Shown: one piece after another, positions 1 through 13,000 of the stretch
How the letters are laid out: each line of letters starts with the position of its first letter
Numbering within the stretch: the first letter of the stretch is position 1
DNA from: Octopus vulgaris
Lineage: Eukaryota
Length of the DNA: 64,000 bases
Direction: 5' to 3'
NCBI GenBank assembly: GCA_951406725.2
Contig: OX597814.1
Location: forward strand, 1,302,001-1,366,000
The notes under the pieces: generated by a model
Seen by the model: only the letters and a program-made list of their open reading frames with translations
What the model was told of the DNA's origin: nothing
Databases searched by the model: none
Made by a program: the position numbers and the translations under genes

Positions 1-3000
1 TGTCTTGTTTTCATAAGTTTTGAATTAAAATCTTCCACCAAACCTTAGTCACAATTTATGTTCCTAACACTAGTTTAATGACAACTAAGTTAGTTTACTA
101 AATTCTTTATTATATTTAAAATCAATTGAAAGAAACACAGAGCATCTCTACAGAAATATGGTAACAAAAGGGTTAAAGTCACCATGATATTTTTAACCCT
201 TTTGATACCAACCTGGCTAAAATCACCTCTGGCTCTTTAGTACAAATGTCTTGTTTTCATAAGTTTTGAATTAAAATCTTCCACCAAACCTTAGTCACAA
301 TTTATGTTCCTAACACTAGTTTAATGATAACTAAGTTATTTTACTAAATTCTTTATTATATTTAAAATCAATTGAAAGAAACACAGAGCATCTCTACAGA
401 AATATGGTAACAAAAGGGTTAAAGTCACCATGATATTTTTAACCCTTTTGATACCAACCTGGCTAAAACCACCTCTGGCTCTTTAGTACAAATGTCTTGT
501 TTTCATAAGTTTTGAATTAAAATCTTCCACCAAACCTTAGTCACAATTTATGTTCCTAACACTAGTTTAATGATAACTAAGTTATTTTACTAAATTCTTT
601 ATTATATTTAAAATCAATTGAAAGAAACACAGAGCATCTCTACAGAAATATGGTAACAAAAGGGTTAAAGTCACCATGATATTTTTAACCCTTTTGATAT
701 CAACCTGGCTAAAACCACCTCTGGCTCTTTAGTACAAATGTCTTGTTTTCATAAGTTTTGAATTAAAATCTTCCACCAAACCTTAGTCACAATTTATGTT
801 CCTAACACTAGTTTAATGACAACTAAGTTAGTTTACTAAATTCTTTATTATATTTAAAATTAATTGAAAGAAACACAGAGCATCTCTACAGAAATATGGT
901 AACAAAAGGGTTAAAGTCACCATGATATTTTTAACCCTTTTGATACCAACCTGGCTAAAACCACCTCTGGCTCTTTAGTACAAATGTCTTGTTTTCATAA
1001 GTTTTGAATTAAAATCTTCCACCAAACCTTAGTCACAATTTATGTTCCTAACACTAGTTTAATGACAACTAAGTTATTTTACTAAATTCTTTATTATATT
1101 TAAAATCAATTGAAAGAAACACAGAGCATCTCTACAGAAATATGGTAACAAAAGGGTTAAAGTCACCATGATATTTTTAACCCTTTTGATACCAACCTGG
1201 CTAAAACCACCTCTGGCTCTTTAGTACAAATGTCTTGTTTTCATAAGTTTTGAATTAAAATCTTCCACCAAACCTTAGTCACAATTTATGTTCCTAACAC
1301 TAGTTTAATGACAACTAAGTTAGTTTACTAAATTCTTTATTATATTTAAAATTAATTGAAAGAAACACAGAGCATCTCTACAGAAATATGGTAACAAAAG
1401 GGTTAAAGTCACCATGATATTTTTAACCCTTTTGATACCAACCTGGCTAAAACCACCTCTGGCTCTTTAGTACAAATGTCTTGTTTTCATAAGTTTTGAA
1501 TTAAAATCTTCCACCAAACCTTAGTCACAATTTATGTTCCTAACACTAGTTTAATGATAACTAAGTTATTTTACTAAATTCTTTATTATATTTAAAATCA
1601 ATTGAAAGAAACACAGAGCATCTCTACAGAAATATGGTAACAAAAGGGTTAAAGTCACCATGATATTTTTAACCCTTTTGATACCAACCTGGCTAAAACC
1701 ACCTCTGGCTCTTTAGTACAAATGTCTTGTTTTCATAAGTTTTGAATTAAAATCTTCCACCAGACCTTAGTCACAATTTATGTTCCTAACACTAGTTTAA
1801 TGACAACTAAGTTAGTTTACTAAATTCTTTATTATATTTAAAATTAATTGAAAGAACCACAGAGCATCTCTACAGAAATATGGTAACAAAAGGGTTAAAG
1901 TCACCATGATATTTTTAACCCTTTTGATACCAACCTGGCTAAAACCACCTCTGGCTCTTTAGTACAAATGCCTTGTTTTCATAAGTTTTGAATTAAAATC
2001 TTCCACCAAACCTTAGTCACAATTTATGTTCCTAACACTAGTTTAATGACAACTAAGTTAGTTTACTAAATTCTTTATTATATTTAAAATCAATTGAAAG
2101 AAACACAGAGCATCTCTACAGAAATATGGTAACAAAAGGGTTAAAGTCACCATGATATTTTTAACCCTTTTGATACCAACCTGGCTAAAACCACCTCTGG
2201 CTCTTTAGTACAAATGTCTTGTTTTCATAAGTTTTGAATTAAAATCTTCCACCAAACCTTAGTCACAATTTATGTTCCTAACACTAGTTTAATGACAACT
2301 AAGTTAGTTTACTAAATTCTTTATTATATTTAAAATCAATTGAAAGAAACACAGAGCATCTCTACAGAAATATGGTAACAAAAGGGTTAAAGTCACCATG
2401 ATATTTTTAACCCTTTTGATACCAACCTGGCTAAAACCACCTCTGGCTCTTTAGTACAAATGTCTTGTTTTCATAAGTTTTGAATTAAAATCTTCCACCA
2501 AACCTTAGTCACAATTTATGTTCCTAACACTAGTTTAATGACAACTAAGTTAGTTTACTAAATTCTTTATTATATTTAAAATCAATTGAAAGAAACACAG
2601 AGCATCTCTACAGAAATATGGTAACAAAAGGGTTAAAGTCACCATGATATTTTTAACCCTTTTGATACCAACCTGGCTAAAACCACCTCTGGCTCTTTAG
2701 TACAAATGTCTTGTTTTCATAAGTTTTGAATTAAAATCTTCCACCAAACCTTAGTCACAATTTATGTTCCTAACACTAGTTTAATGACAACTAAGTTAGT
2801 TTACTAAATTCTTTATTATATTTAAAATCAATTGAAAGAAACACAGAGCATCTCTACAGAAATATGGTAACAAAAGGGTTAAAGTCACCATGATATTTTT
2901 AACCCTTTTGATACCAACCTGGCTAAAACCACCTCTGGCTCTTTAGTACAAATGTCTTGTTTTCATAAGTTTTGAATTAAAATCTTCCACCAAACCTTAG

Positions 3001-5099
3001 TCACAATTTATGTTCCTAACACTAGTTTAATGACAACTAAGTTAGTTTACTAAATTCTTTATTATATTTAAAATCAATTGAAAGAAACACAGAGCATCTC
3101 TACAGAAATATGGTAACAAAAGGGTTAAAGTCACCATGATATTTTTAACCCTTTTGATACCAACCTGGCTAAAACCACCTCTGGCTCTTTAGTACAAATG
3201 TCTTGTTTTCATAAGTTTTGAATTAAAATCTTCCACCAAACCTTAGTCACAATTTATGTTCCTAACACTAGTTTAATGACAACTAAGTTAGTTTACTAAA
3301 TTCTTTATTATATTTAAAATCAATTGAAAGAAACACAGAGCATCTCTACAGAAATATGGTAACAAAAGGGTTAAAGTCACCATGATATTTTTAACCCTTT
3401 TGATACCAACCTGGCTAAAACCACCTCTGGCTCTTTAGTACAAATGTCTTGTTTTCATAAGTTTTGAATTAAAATCTTCCACCAAACCTTAGTCACAATT
3501 TATGTTCCTAACACTAGTTTAATGACAACTAAGTTAGTTTACTAAATTCTTTATTATATTTAAAATCAATTGAAAGAAACACAGAGCATCTCTACAGAAA
3601 TATGGTAACAAAAGGGTTAAAGTCACCATGATATTTTTAACCCTTTTGATACCAACCTGGCTAAAACCACCTCTGGCTCTTTAGTACAAATGTCTTGTTT
3701 TCATAAGTTTTGAATTAAAATCTTCCACCAAACCTTAGTCACAATTTATGTTCCTAACACTAGTTTAATGACAACTAAGTTAGTTTACTAAATTCTTTAT
3801 TATATTTAAAATCAATTGAAAGAAACACAGAGCATCTCTACAGAAATATGGTAACAAAAGGGTTAAAGTCACCATGATATTTTTAACCCTTTTGATACCA
3901 ACCTGGCTAAAACCACCTCTGGCTCTTTAGTACAAATGTCTTGTTTTCATAAGTTTTGAATTAAAATCTTCCACCAAACCTTAGTCACAATTTATGTTCC
4001 TAACACTAGTTTAATGACAACTAAGTTAGTTTACTAAATTCTTTATTATATTTAAAATCAATTGAAAGAAACACAGAGCATCTCTACAGAAATATGGTAA
4101 CAAAAGGGTTAAAGTCACCATGATATTTTTAACCCTTTTGATACCAACCTGGCTAAAACCACCTCTGGCTCTTTAGTACAAATGTCTTGTTTTCATAAGT
4201 TTTGAATTAAAATCTTCCACCAAACCTTAGTCACAATTTATGTTCCTAACACTAGTTTAATGACAACTAAGTTAGTTTACTAAATTCTTTATTATATTTA
4301 AAATCAATTGAAAGAAACACAGAGCATCTCTACAGAAATATGGTAACAAAAGGGTTAAAGTCACCATGATATTTTTAACCCTTTTGATACCAACCTGGCT
4401 AAAACCACCTCTGGCTCTTTAGTACAAATGTCTTGTTTTCATAAGTTTTGAATTAAAATCTTCCACCAAACCTTAGTCACAATTTATGTTCCTAACACTA
4501 GTTTAATGACAACTAAGTTAGTTTACTAAATTCTTTATTATATTTAAAATCAATTGAAAGAAACACAGAGCATCTCTACAGAAATATGGTAACAAAAGGG
4601 TTAAAGTCACCATGATATTTTTAACCCTTTTGATACCAACCTGGCTAAAACCACCTCTGGCTCTTTAGTACAAATGTCTTGTTTTCATAAGTTTTGAATT
4701 AAAATCTTCCACCAAACCTTAGTCACAATTTATGTTCCTAACACTAGTTTAATGACAACTAAGTTATTTTACTAAATTCTTTATTATATTTAAAATCAAT
4801 TGAAAGAAACACAGAGCATCTCTACAGAAATATGGTAACAAAAGGGTTAAAGTCACCATGATATTTTTAACCCTTTTGATACCAACCTGGCTAAAACCAC
4901 CTCTGGCTCTTTAGTACAAATGTCTTGTTTTCATAAGTTTTGAATTAAAATCTTCCACCAAACCTTAGTCACAATTTATGTTCCTAACACTAGTTTAATG
5001 ACAACTAAGTTATTTTACTAAATTCTTTATTATATTTAAAATCAATTGAAAGAAACCTGACAGGGCATCTCAATAGAAATACAGTAACGAAAGGGTTAA
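1..5099. repeat. 246-bp tandem satellite (~20.7 copies in window, runs off left edge); monomer = TTAA + 222-bp piggyBac-like MITE + TTAA + 16-bp spacer
   Basis: Same sequence restarts at 1, 247, 1231, 2461, 4921. Monomer: TTAA(193-196) CCCTTTTGATACCA...TGGTAACAAAAGGG(418) TTAA(419-422) AGTCACCATGATATTT. Few variant sites; last copy diverged at its right end. Confidence 0.95.
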
Positions 5100-5192
5100 G
5101 GTGTTCCAAAGGACCAGTTAGTAAGCTACATTTGTTTACTCTTTCATATTTTATGAAATCCCTTTTAACTTTACCAATTTCATGTTCCTTAG

Positions 5193-5307
5193 GTCCCTTG
5201 ATGCAAATGAAGAAGCCACAGAGAAGATCAAGTTGTTAACCCAACTGCTACACACTCGGCCCAAGTTGCCAAAACAAGTCCACGTACTCAATTTTTCAAC
5301 AAATCAG
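5193..5307 (+). CDS. Roco/COR gene exon (SLDANEEATEKIKLL...FSTNQ)
   Basis: ttccttag acceptor, CAG|gtttgt donor, in frame with next exon. Confidence 0.75.
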
Positions 5308-8300
5308 GTTTGTATGACTTTACTGTTTAGGCATGGGTGTGGGTGTTTAACAAGTCTGCTTCTCTCATCCATAGTTTTGTGCTCAGCTCTGATGTAAAGT
5401 CAGAATAAGCAATGCCATGTGAGTGACATTTGCACAGCTCTCAAAAGTACATGCCGTGCTTGAGGAAACCTAGTAAGTCAAGTACACCAAAACCAAAATC
5501 AAATGGAAATTGTAGTTGTGATCCCCATGCCAGTGACATGTAAAAAGCACCATCCAAACGTGGCCGATGCAAGCGCTGCCTCGACTGGCTTTCGTGCTGG
5601 TGGCACGTAAAAAGCACCAACCAATCGTGGTTGTTGCCAGCCTCTCTCTAGCTCCTGTGCCAGTGACACGTAAAAAGGCACCCACTACACACTCAAAGTG
5701 GTTGGCATTAGGAACGGCATGCAGCTGTAAAAACACTGCCAGACCAGATTGGAGCTTGGTGCAGCCTCCTGGCTTCCCAGACTCCAGTCTAACTGTCCAA
5801 CCCATGCCAGCATGGAAAACGGATGTTAAATGATGATGATGATGAGAAACTGTATGAAGCCTGTTGTATGTTTATGTATGTATATATGTATGTATATGTA
5901 TACATTTGCTGGGTCTTCTCAATCACAGCAGACCCCTGGAGATATGCTGTGACTGAGAAGACTCAGCAAGTAAATTGAGATCACAGCCGTAGCCTATACC
6001 AGTGTTGCATAAGCAGCCCACTTAAAAAAGTACCTTTGGATCATTGGGTGACACACCGTGCTTGAGGAGATATATTGGGTCAAGTAAAATCAAAATCAAA
6101 AATCAGATCAAATGGGAATTGTAGTTGTAGCCGATGTCTGACTGGCTCTTGTGCTGGTGGCACACAATAAGCACCATTCATGCATGGGTCATTGCCAGTT
6201 CCACCTGACTGGCTCCCCGTGCCAGTGACATGTAAAAACACCATCCGAATGTGGTCAAAGCCAGCCCCCTTACCCCGACTTACCCAGTACACTCACGGAG
6301 TGGTTGGCATTAGGAAGGGCATGCAGCTGTAGAAACTTTGCCAGATCGGATTGGAGCCTGGTGCAGCCATCTGATTCGCCAGTCCTCAGTCAAACCATCC
6401 AACCCATGCCAGCAAGGAAAGCGGACGTTAAACGGTGATGATGATGATGATGATGCATGCATGCATACAAGTATGTATGCACAAATGTATGTAATTATGT
6501 ATGTATGTAGGTAGGTATGCCTGCATCTATGTATATGTGTCTGTGTATATGTGTGTGTGTGTGTGTGTGTATGTATAAACGATGAGATGCAGAGGGAGAG
6601 TGAAAAGAGGGAGAAAAAGTGAGAGGTAGAGAAGTAGAGAGAGAGAGAGGGTAGGATGGGGGAGAGGGAAATAGGCGGCTGATAACGATGACAATGATGA
6701 TAATGATAATCTTTCCTACTAAAGGCACAAAGCCTGAAATTTGTGGGGAGGGGACTGGTCGATTACATTGACCCCAGTGTTCAACTGGTACTTAATTTAT
6801 CGACCCTAAAAGTATAAAAGGGAAAGTCGACCTCAGAACGTAGCAATGGGTGAAATACCACTAACCATTTCATCCAGCTTACTAACGATTCTGCCAGTTC
6901 AACCCCTTAATGATGATAATGATAATGATGACAACGATGATGATGATTACGCTGATGATGATAAAGTTGATAGGGACAATGATGATGGTGATGAAAATAA
7001 TACACTTCTTCCTCTTTATTTTGGATTAAACTTATATTTTACAGTTACCATAGTAACATTCCAACCGATGATTCCTTCTCTTTCCTCCTCCTCATCTCTG
7101 CAGGGTTCCGACATCATACAGTCAGCTCTACTCCGTAACTGTATTGACCAAATGCGTGACGCCAAGTGGGAACATCAAAAGGAGCTGGACATTATAAGGG
7201 ACAAGATTGTTGAGTTGAAGGAATCACAAACCATTTTAGCAACATGGTCCTCTCTTCAAGAGTATTTCTTCACTAAGATACAAACTACAAACCAAAAACT
7301 CTTTGAAAAACTGATGTCATTCCTCCACAAAACGGTAAGTCGTTTAAGTTTTGTTATTTTGTTGTGGAATAACTGTGAGGTTATAGTTGTTGCTGTTGTC
7401 TCTTCTTCTTCTTCTTCTTCTTCTTCCAATCAGGGCTCATGCCATTAGCCACAAAGAATAATCTCTAATTCGAGCCTACTCTAAGCTACTAAGAATGCGT
7501 GTGGAAACTTCTAGGGTCTAAAAGTTTACCATACCATGGTGGGTTACACCATGGTTCCTCTGCTTTGTGGCAGAAGTAGGCAGAAAGAGTGAGAGAAAGT
7601 TGTGGTGAAAGAGTACAGCGGGTTTCCCCTGCCGAAGCCTCATGGTGCTTAGGTGTTTTTGCTCAATAAACACTCACAATGCCTGGTCTGGGAATCGAAA
7701 CTGCATTCTTATGACAGCGAGTCTGCTGCCCTAACCACTGGGCCATTGCGCCTCCACTGTTGCTATTGTTCTGATTAACAGCTGTAGAAAAAAGGTGAGA
7801 AAATGGGAAGGCTGGCCAGAGAGCAGGCAGGGCCTGTGGAACCATTTGCTGAGTTGCCCATTTCAGTCAGTCTGTGATGAGCACTGGTCACCTGCATGAC
7901 ATGTCTTGACTCATGAACTGAAGATTCCCAGCCAACTGTGAGTCGTTGCAGCTTTTCCCTTCATGAACTCCAACGACACATTGAAAGTGAGAACTTCTTG
8001 CCATGTTCAGCATGCTTCATGTGCACTTGAGGACCGCCACAAAGCATTGTTCCCATGTAGGGACTGTGTGCACATATCTGGATTGAAAGGGTTGGCCTTG
8101 TCCTGATTCAGGTTATTGGAGCACTGGATAGAATGCTTCATGGTAATTGTGTGACTCTCTGTGCTCTGAGCTCAAATCCTGCCAAAGTCAAATTATTTTT
8201 TGTTCTTGCAAGGTTGACAAAAAAACGACTGATCTAGGGTGGCTGATTGAGGGATTGTGAAAAGCTTGCATGGCATGTAAAAAGCACCATTCAAGTGTGG

Positions 8301-10029
8301 TCGATGCCAGTATTGCCTGACTGGCCTTCGTGCCGGCTGCATGTAAAAAGCACCCACTACACTCTTGGAGTGATTGGCATTAGGAAGGGCATCCAACTGT
8401 AGAAGCTTTGCCAGATCAAGATTGGAGCCTGGTGCAGCCATCTGGCTCTCCAGACCTCAGTCAATCTGTCCAACCCATGCCAGCATGGAAAACGGATGTT
8501 AAACAATGATGATGTATCAGTCCTAGTTTTTGCATTCCTACAGGTGCAGTTATAGCTAAAGGTGCAAAGGATTTGGTCAATGGAAATTGAATGAAGCCCA
8601 TTTAGATCATTATGAAACAGAAAATCTGAATCATAGGATCAGGGACTGTCCCAGGGCTCTGTTTTGAATGCTGGCATGGGTTGGGCAGTTCTTATTTGAA
8701 GTTACTGTTCGTCCAAGTTAGTCAAGGGTTCAAATCTTGCATGTACACTCTATTTTTTGGTCAAGGCACTAGTCAAAGAAAAGAACAGATAACATTTATA
8801 AGTCCAAGGAGAATGGTCAAATTGATCTGACATGTTATGCTTAGACAGCTCTATGTTAACAACTGCAAAGAAAACGTACATTCTTTTTGATGTTATTCAT
8901 CTTCAGTGACGAGGCATGGCACAGTGGTTAGGGTATTCAGTTTATGGTCATAAGGCCATGAGTTCAATTCCCAGCAGTGTGTTATGTCCTTGAGCAAGAC
9001 ACTTTATTTCTCATTGCCCCAGTCCACTCAGCTGGCAACAATGAGTACTACTTGTGTTTCAAAGGGCCAGCCTTGTTACATTCCATGTCATGCTGAATCT
9101 TCCTAAGAACTACATTAAGTGTATGCCTGGCTGTGGAGCGCTCAGCCACTTGCTTGTTAATTTCACGAGCAGGCTGTTCTGTTGATTGGATCAACTGGAA
9201 CACTCGTTGTCATAACCGACGAAGAGCCAGTTGATCTTTAATTCCAGATGCTGAACAACTGTAATTTCTTAATTCTTTCTTCAGGGAGGTATTCTTGACC
9301 TACAGAAATGTGGATGGAACCAACTCGACCTTGATAACCATTTTATTTGTGTGAATCCCCTTGTATTCACAAAACTTCTATGTCGATTCCACATTGCAGA
9401 AGAAACCCAAGAATTTCGGTTAACGTCCAGTCACTTCTGGCCAGACAAACAAAACAAACCAAGTGTGGAGAGTTTGATCGAAGTCTTAGAAACGGTTCAA
9501 GTCCGTGGAATTATTCCTGAAACGTTGTTCCCAGTTTTGTGGCAAGAGTTCCCGACTTTGGATGAAAGTCAGGTGAAGCTTCTACTTCAGGTGTTTATCA
9601 GCCTGGGTATGTTGCTTCCGCTTCATTCCAGTCTACATTGTTCATCTTTAACAACATTATCGCTACCCACATATCCAACACTTTCACCCAAGAAATATTA
9701 TTATGCATCGGTCATTGATTGCTTCAATGACCTTCGACCTCAGCTCAACTGGACTCAAAAACCATTCCCAGGAGATTTACAGGTAAGAAGACTACACACA
9801 CAAACACACATCATCATCATTATCCTTATCATTATTTAACATTCTTGTTCTCCGCTGGCATGGGTTGGATGATTTGACAGGATCCAACAAGCCAGAGAAC
9901 ACCACAGAGTTCCAATGTCTTCTTTGAAATGGTTTCTACAGCCAGATGCAATTTGATGCAGTTCTGTGGCTTGTTGGATCTTGTTAAACAATCCAACCCA
10001 TACCAACATGGAACAAGGCTGTTAAATGA

Positions 10030-10099
<70 letters not shown>

Positions 10100-13000
10100 A
10101 TATAAAAGAAAAATATAAAGCAAAACCAAACCACTTGTAACATTCTATTCTTTCTAAACCAAATCATGTTAAATTAATAAAACCTAGTCATTCCCAACTA
10201 CCGAAAAAATCCCTGATTACCTTCCCTGTCTGGAACTCCATATTTCACAACATAGCGAAGACATGTCATGATATAGGTAAAGAAATTTGAGAAATTTTAA
10301 AAGAAAATATGAAACCAGTTATTTCTCCAAAAACAATGTTAATATACACAAAATTTTATGACATTTTTCTAACATAAAGATTTAAATATATTCTGTAAAC
10401 ATATAACACAAGCCTTCTGTAGTTTTTTTTCACTCTATTTTGTCTTTTGTACATCCAACCACGTGCTTTCACATACCAACTCTCTCACCTATTTAAATTA
10501 AAACACACACACACAAGTATAGTGAAGTTTTCATAAAATTTCTGTTCCTGTATTGGTCTGCCATATTGACTTCCCAAACTCCGTACAAAAGGGTGTGGTC
10601 AACTGACCTTACTCCTCCAAATAGATTTGATCCCTGTGTCTGTTGTATGAAATATTGTCTCCTCCCTTCAGTCTGTTGATGGTACAGAGTTACGTCTCCC
10701 TCATGTCTTTATCCTGTGTCCTCATTTTTTAAGATTTAACTAGCCCTGTGACCCGGCAACACCGGGTCATAGTGCTAGTGCATGTATATACAGCTGCGTG
10801 CGTGCGCACATACACGCAAGTACTGTCCAAATCTCCGACCAATCCCATACAGCTAGCTGGCATTCAATTGGCATATCAAGTTTCGGGCATTTTGATTGGG
10901 TTTTGAATAGAAAATTCACAAAAAAGTCACTTCTTTTGATTTTTTAATGGCTTTGTGGGGTGACTGGCGACATGTAAAGATGTGCAAGATCACCCTTGGA
11001 TGGTTTTGAATGACTATAGAAAGTGCGAGCCCTCTAACTGAAAAATTGTGGATTTGAATAAAGGACACACACACACACAGACAGACATTTTGCCGTTTAT
11101 ATATATAGAAATGATTTAGTCTAGAAGAAGGGGTTGTGATAAAGAAAGATCAATGGGGTTGATTTTCATCTTAAACAAACTGCAAAGAAAACAAGGATTG
11201 GAGGGGGGTTTCATTGGGTTGATGCTTCAGTAAGAAAGGGCTAAGTGTAGTGGGTAGGGGAACATAATATGAAAGCTGGGAGGAGAGGTGAGTGAGCTGG
11301 GTGGGATTGGGTGGAGAAGGAACACAATCAACAAGCTACAAAGAACAGAGGCCATTGTAGTAGCAGTTGAAAGACAAAGTGAGGTATCAGTGTAACTTTA
11401 GGTTCCAGAAGTGGACTCCATGCCAATCATTCTTTTTTTCTTATATTTGTTTCAGTCATTTGACTGCGGCCATGCTGGAGCACCGCCTTTAGTCGAACAA
11501 ATCGACCCTAGGACACTTATTCTTTGTAAACCTAGTACTTATTTTATCAGTCTCTCTTTGCCGAACCACTAAGTTACGGGGACGTAAACACACCAGCATC
11601 GGTTGTCAAGCGATGTTGGGGGGACAAACACAGATGTACAAACATATATATATATACGATGGGCTTCTGTCAGTTTCCATCAACCAAATCCACTCACAAG
11701 GCTTTTGTCAGCCTGAGGTTATAGTAGAAGACCCTAACCCTAACTTGCCCAAGGTGCCACGCAGTGGGTCTGAACCCGTAACCATGTGGTTGGTAAGTAA
11801 GCTACTTACCACACAGCCACTCCTGTTTTATTTCTGTATCCGTTTAGCTTTCTGGCCACTTTCTCAAGTTCCTATCTCTACTGACCATTGTCCTTCCAGT
11901 GGCCTTGTTCTTATATCTTACTGACCAGAGATTTACCTCTCGAAAAAGCGGTTCTTCACTCCTGCTCCAGAGCGTCGGCTGCGGGGTCACTCTGAAAAGC
12001 TCTATCTGTGACGATTTCATCTCAATCGAAGGAGAGGAGCTTTCTCCGTCCAGGTTGCGGATCCGTGGAATAAGCTGCCGGACGAGATAGTGAAAATACC
12101 AACGACCGCTCGGTTCAAAGTCTCTCTTGACCAGAAATGGCCTGAACTCTTTGCATGAACACCCTCCCTGTACATAACTCCATGTCCCCCTACATGGCCT
12201 TGCTTTTTGCTTTTTGAGCCAAAAAATTAACTAACTAACTAACTAACTATTGACTTTCAATGGATCTAATTTCCTTTTCAGATCAGCTGCTGGTTTCGTT
12301 TCATCTTGGGTGATCCGCCAGAGGGTCTGATGCAGCGACTGTTGTGTTGCTGTCACCAAGCCATACACAAACAGGCAACTTACCAACACTTATGGAAACA
12401 CGGAGTGTTGATACGTGCTGGGGATGTGATGCTTTGTATAGAATACACATCGGGGAACATCAAACGCTTCCATATAACTGGTCGCATCAACACAGACTTC
12501 CAAGGAAGCGAAGCCACAGCTATCCAGATGACCTGGCTTAAAATGGCTCCTCTTATACTGGCAGCCATTTCCATGCTCAGCTCCTTCCATGGTTTGATGT
12601 ATAGTACCTACCTGGTGCCATTAGGTAAATATTTCTATGAACCCATTGAGACGGCCACCAATTCCACTCACCAACACGTCTTCTCAACTGGAAGCTGTCT
12701 ACAAGCATGGACTCACAAAAAACCTTTGATTATTGAAAGAGAAAGAATTCTAAAAGTTGATCATCTTTTGCCATTTGAAGGTAAGTTCTGGTTCATTCCA
12801 ATGCTGTCCAAATGTTCTTTAACCCCGGGCTAACCTGGATCCAGCAGATCTATGATCAAAGACATTCCATTTCAGTCTTGGACTGTCATGGTCTTTTATT
12901 TTTTAATCTTTTACTTGTTTTAGTCATTAGACTGTGGCCATGCTGGGGCACCATCTTGAAGAATTTCCATTTGAAGGATTCAACTGCAGTATTTTTTGTG

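Noticed and set aside
1-5099. CRISPR-like regular array
   Set aside because: Spacers are identical, the unit is 246 bp, the context is eukaryotic and there are no cas genes; it is a satellite
5470-5833. Recurrent ORFs such as MGWTVRLGSGKPGGCT...LQLDALPNANH (also 17241, 18124, 34116, 55486)
   Set aside because: Chance translations of one SINE family, with stops and frameshifts differing between copies
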